DNA of 64,000 nt from Candidatus Rikenella faecigallinarum (GTDB lineage: Bacteria > Bacteroidota > Bacteroidia > Bacteroidales > Rikenellaceae), in NCBI GenBank assembly GCA_019113395.1, contig DXHL01000032.1, positions 39,034-103,033 of the forward strand, given 5' to 3'. The position numbers and the translations under genes were made by a program. Below are positions 63,570-64,000 of the stretch, one piece after another. Position 1 is the first letter of the stretch; each line of letters opens with the position of its first letter. The notes beneath the pieces are model-generated. The model was not told the DNA's origin. It ran no database searches and saw only the letters and a list, made by a program, of their open reading frames with translations.

Positions 63570-64000
63570 CTAAATATCCAGCACCGTGTTCCAGCCGTAA
63601 CGGTCCTCTTTCTCGCCGTGCTGAATGGCGACCAACTCATCGTACAACTTCTGCGACCACGGCCCGACACCCGTCCCATAGTCATACGTACGTCCGCTCT
63701 CCGGGTCGTAAATCGTAGCCACCGGCGTAATCACCGCTGCCGTCCCGCAACAACCCGCTTCGCTGAAGGTCTCCAGCTCCTGCAGTTCGACATGGCGTGC
63801 TTCGACCTCCATCCCGAAATCGGCAGCCAACTGTTTGAGGCTCTTGTTCGTAATCGAAGGCAGAATGGAGTGCGAATCGGGCGTAATGTAATGCGCCACC
63901 CCCCGCTCATCCACCCGTACGCCAAAGAAGTTCGCCGCCCCGCACTCGTCGATATAGCGATGGTGCGCCGGGTCCAGATAGAGCACGCTGTCGTACCCTT
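63570..64000 (-). CDS. ilvE: Branched-chain amino acid aminotransferase, C-terminal part (start beyond the right edge)
   Basis: ...ECGAANFFGV..., SILPSITNKSL, EAGCCGTAAVITPV. The track ORF starts at an internal Met, but the frame stays open to position 64000. Confidence 0.9.
   Translation of the reverse strand, partial: GYDSVLYLDPAHHRYIDECGAANFFGVRVDERGVAHYITPDSHSILPSITNKSLKQLAADFGMEVEARHVELQELETFSEAGCCGTAAVITPVATIYDPESGRTYDYGTGVGPWSQKLYDELVAIQHGEKEDRYGWNTVLDI

Noticed and set aside
1-64000. Scan for CRISPR arrays, rRNA, prophage/integrase/transposase, restriction-modification, toxin-antitoxin, retron/DGR reverse transcriptases and secondary-metabolite clusters
   Set aside because: No regularly spaced direct repeats and no proteins with the corresponding motifs were seen. 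The window is essentially all housekeeping genes.

Overview
This 64-kb segment is visibly GC-rich (high-50s % by eye, not computed) and comes from a Bacteroidota chromosome. I infer Bacteroidales, possibly Alistipes/Rikenellaceae-like. The grounds are gene content (about 1140-aa type-2 IleRS, FeoA-FeoB fusion, DUF4492-cydAB, anSME) and TAnnTTTG -7 promoter boxes sitting at sensible distances from many starts. The content is almost all housekeeping: trkA, apbE, ppa, lemA/TPM, smpB, rpsO-pnp, manA-trxB, feoAB, ppk1-ppx, a tRNA Thr-Tyr-Gly operon, obg, ftcD, ileS, lysC-lysA, thiL, adk, a DEAD-box helicase, gcvT, a TPP-riboswitch-controlled thi4-thiE pair, cydAB, dksA-like, GH2-DUF1343 and ilvE. 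I call 52 CDS. Two are cut by the window edges, and the left-edge lipoprotein is missing from the supplied ORF track. I also call 3 tRNAs, 1 TPP riboswitch, 17 terminator-type hairpins and 17 promoter boxes. Many track ORFs begin at upstream TTG/GTG codons, so I trimmed those to the likely ATG. I saw no rRNA, CRISPR array, transposase, integrase, phage genes or recognisable defence or toxin-antitoxin system. I did not find a convincing new multi-gene system, and this looks like an ordinary core-genome region. The best leads are single-gene oddities. (1) An orphan serine-recombinase homologue whose catalytic residues are replaced sits on a low-GC islet at 36.2-37.1 kb. (2) A His/Pro-rich mini-lipoprotein with its own promoter and terminator lies next to ppk-ppx. 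(3) A small TM plus Cys-cluster protein lies next to apbE. (4) A His-type (non-suicide) Thi4 sits behind a TPP riboswitch. (5) An out-of-frame ATG followed by a G7 tract lies at the 5' end of an M23/LysM lipoprotein gene. All family assignments come from motif recognition by eye; no database search was run.
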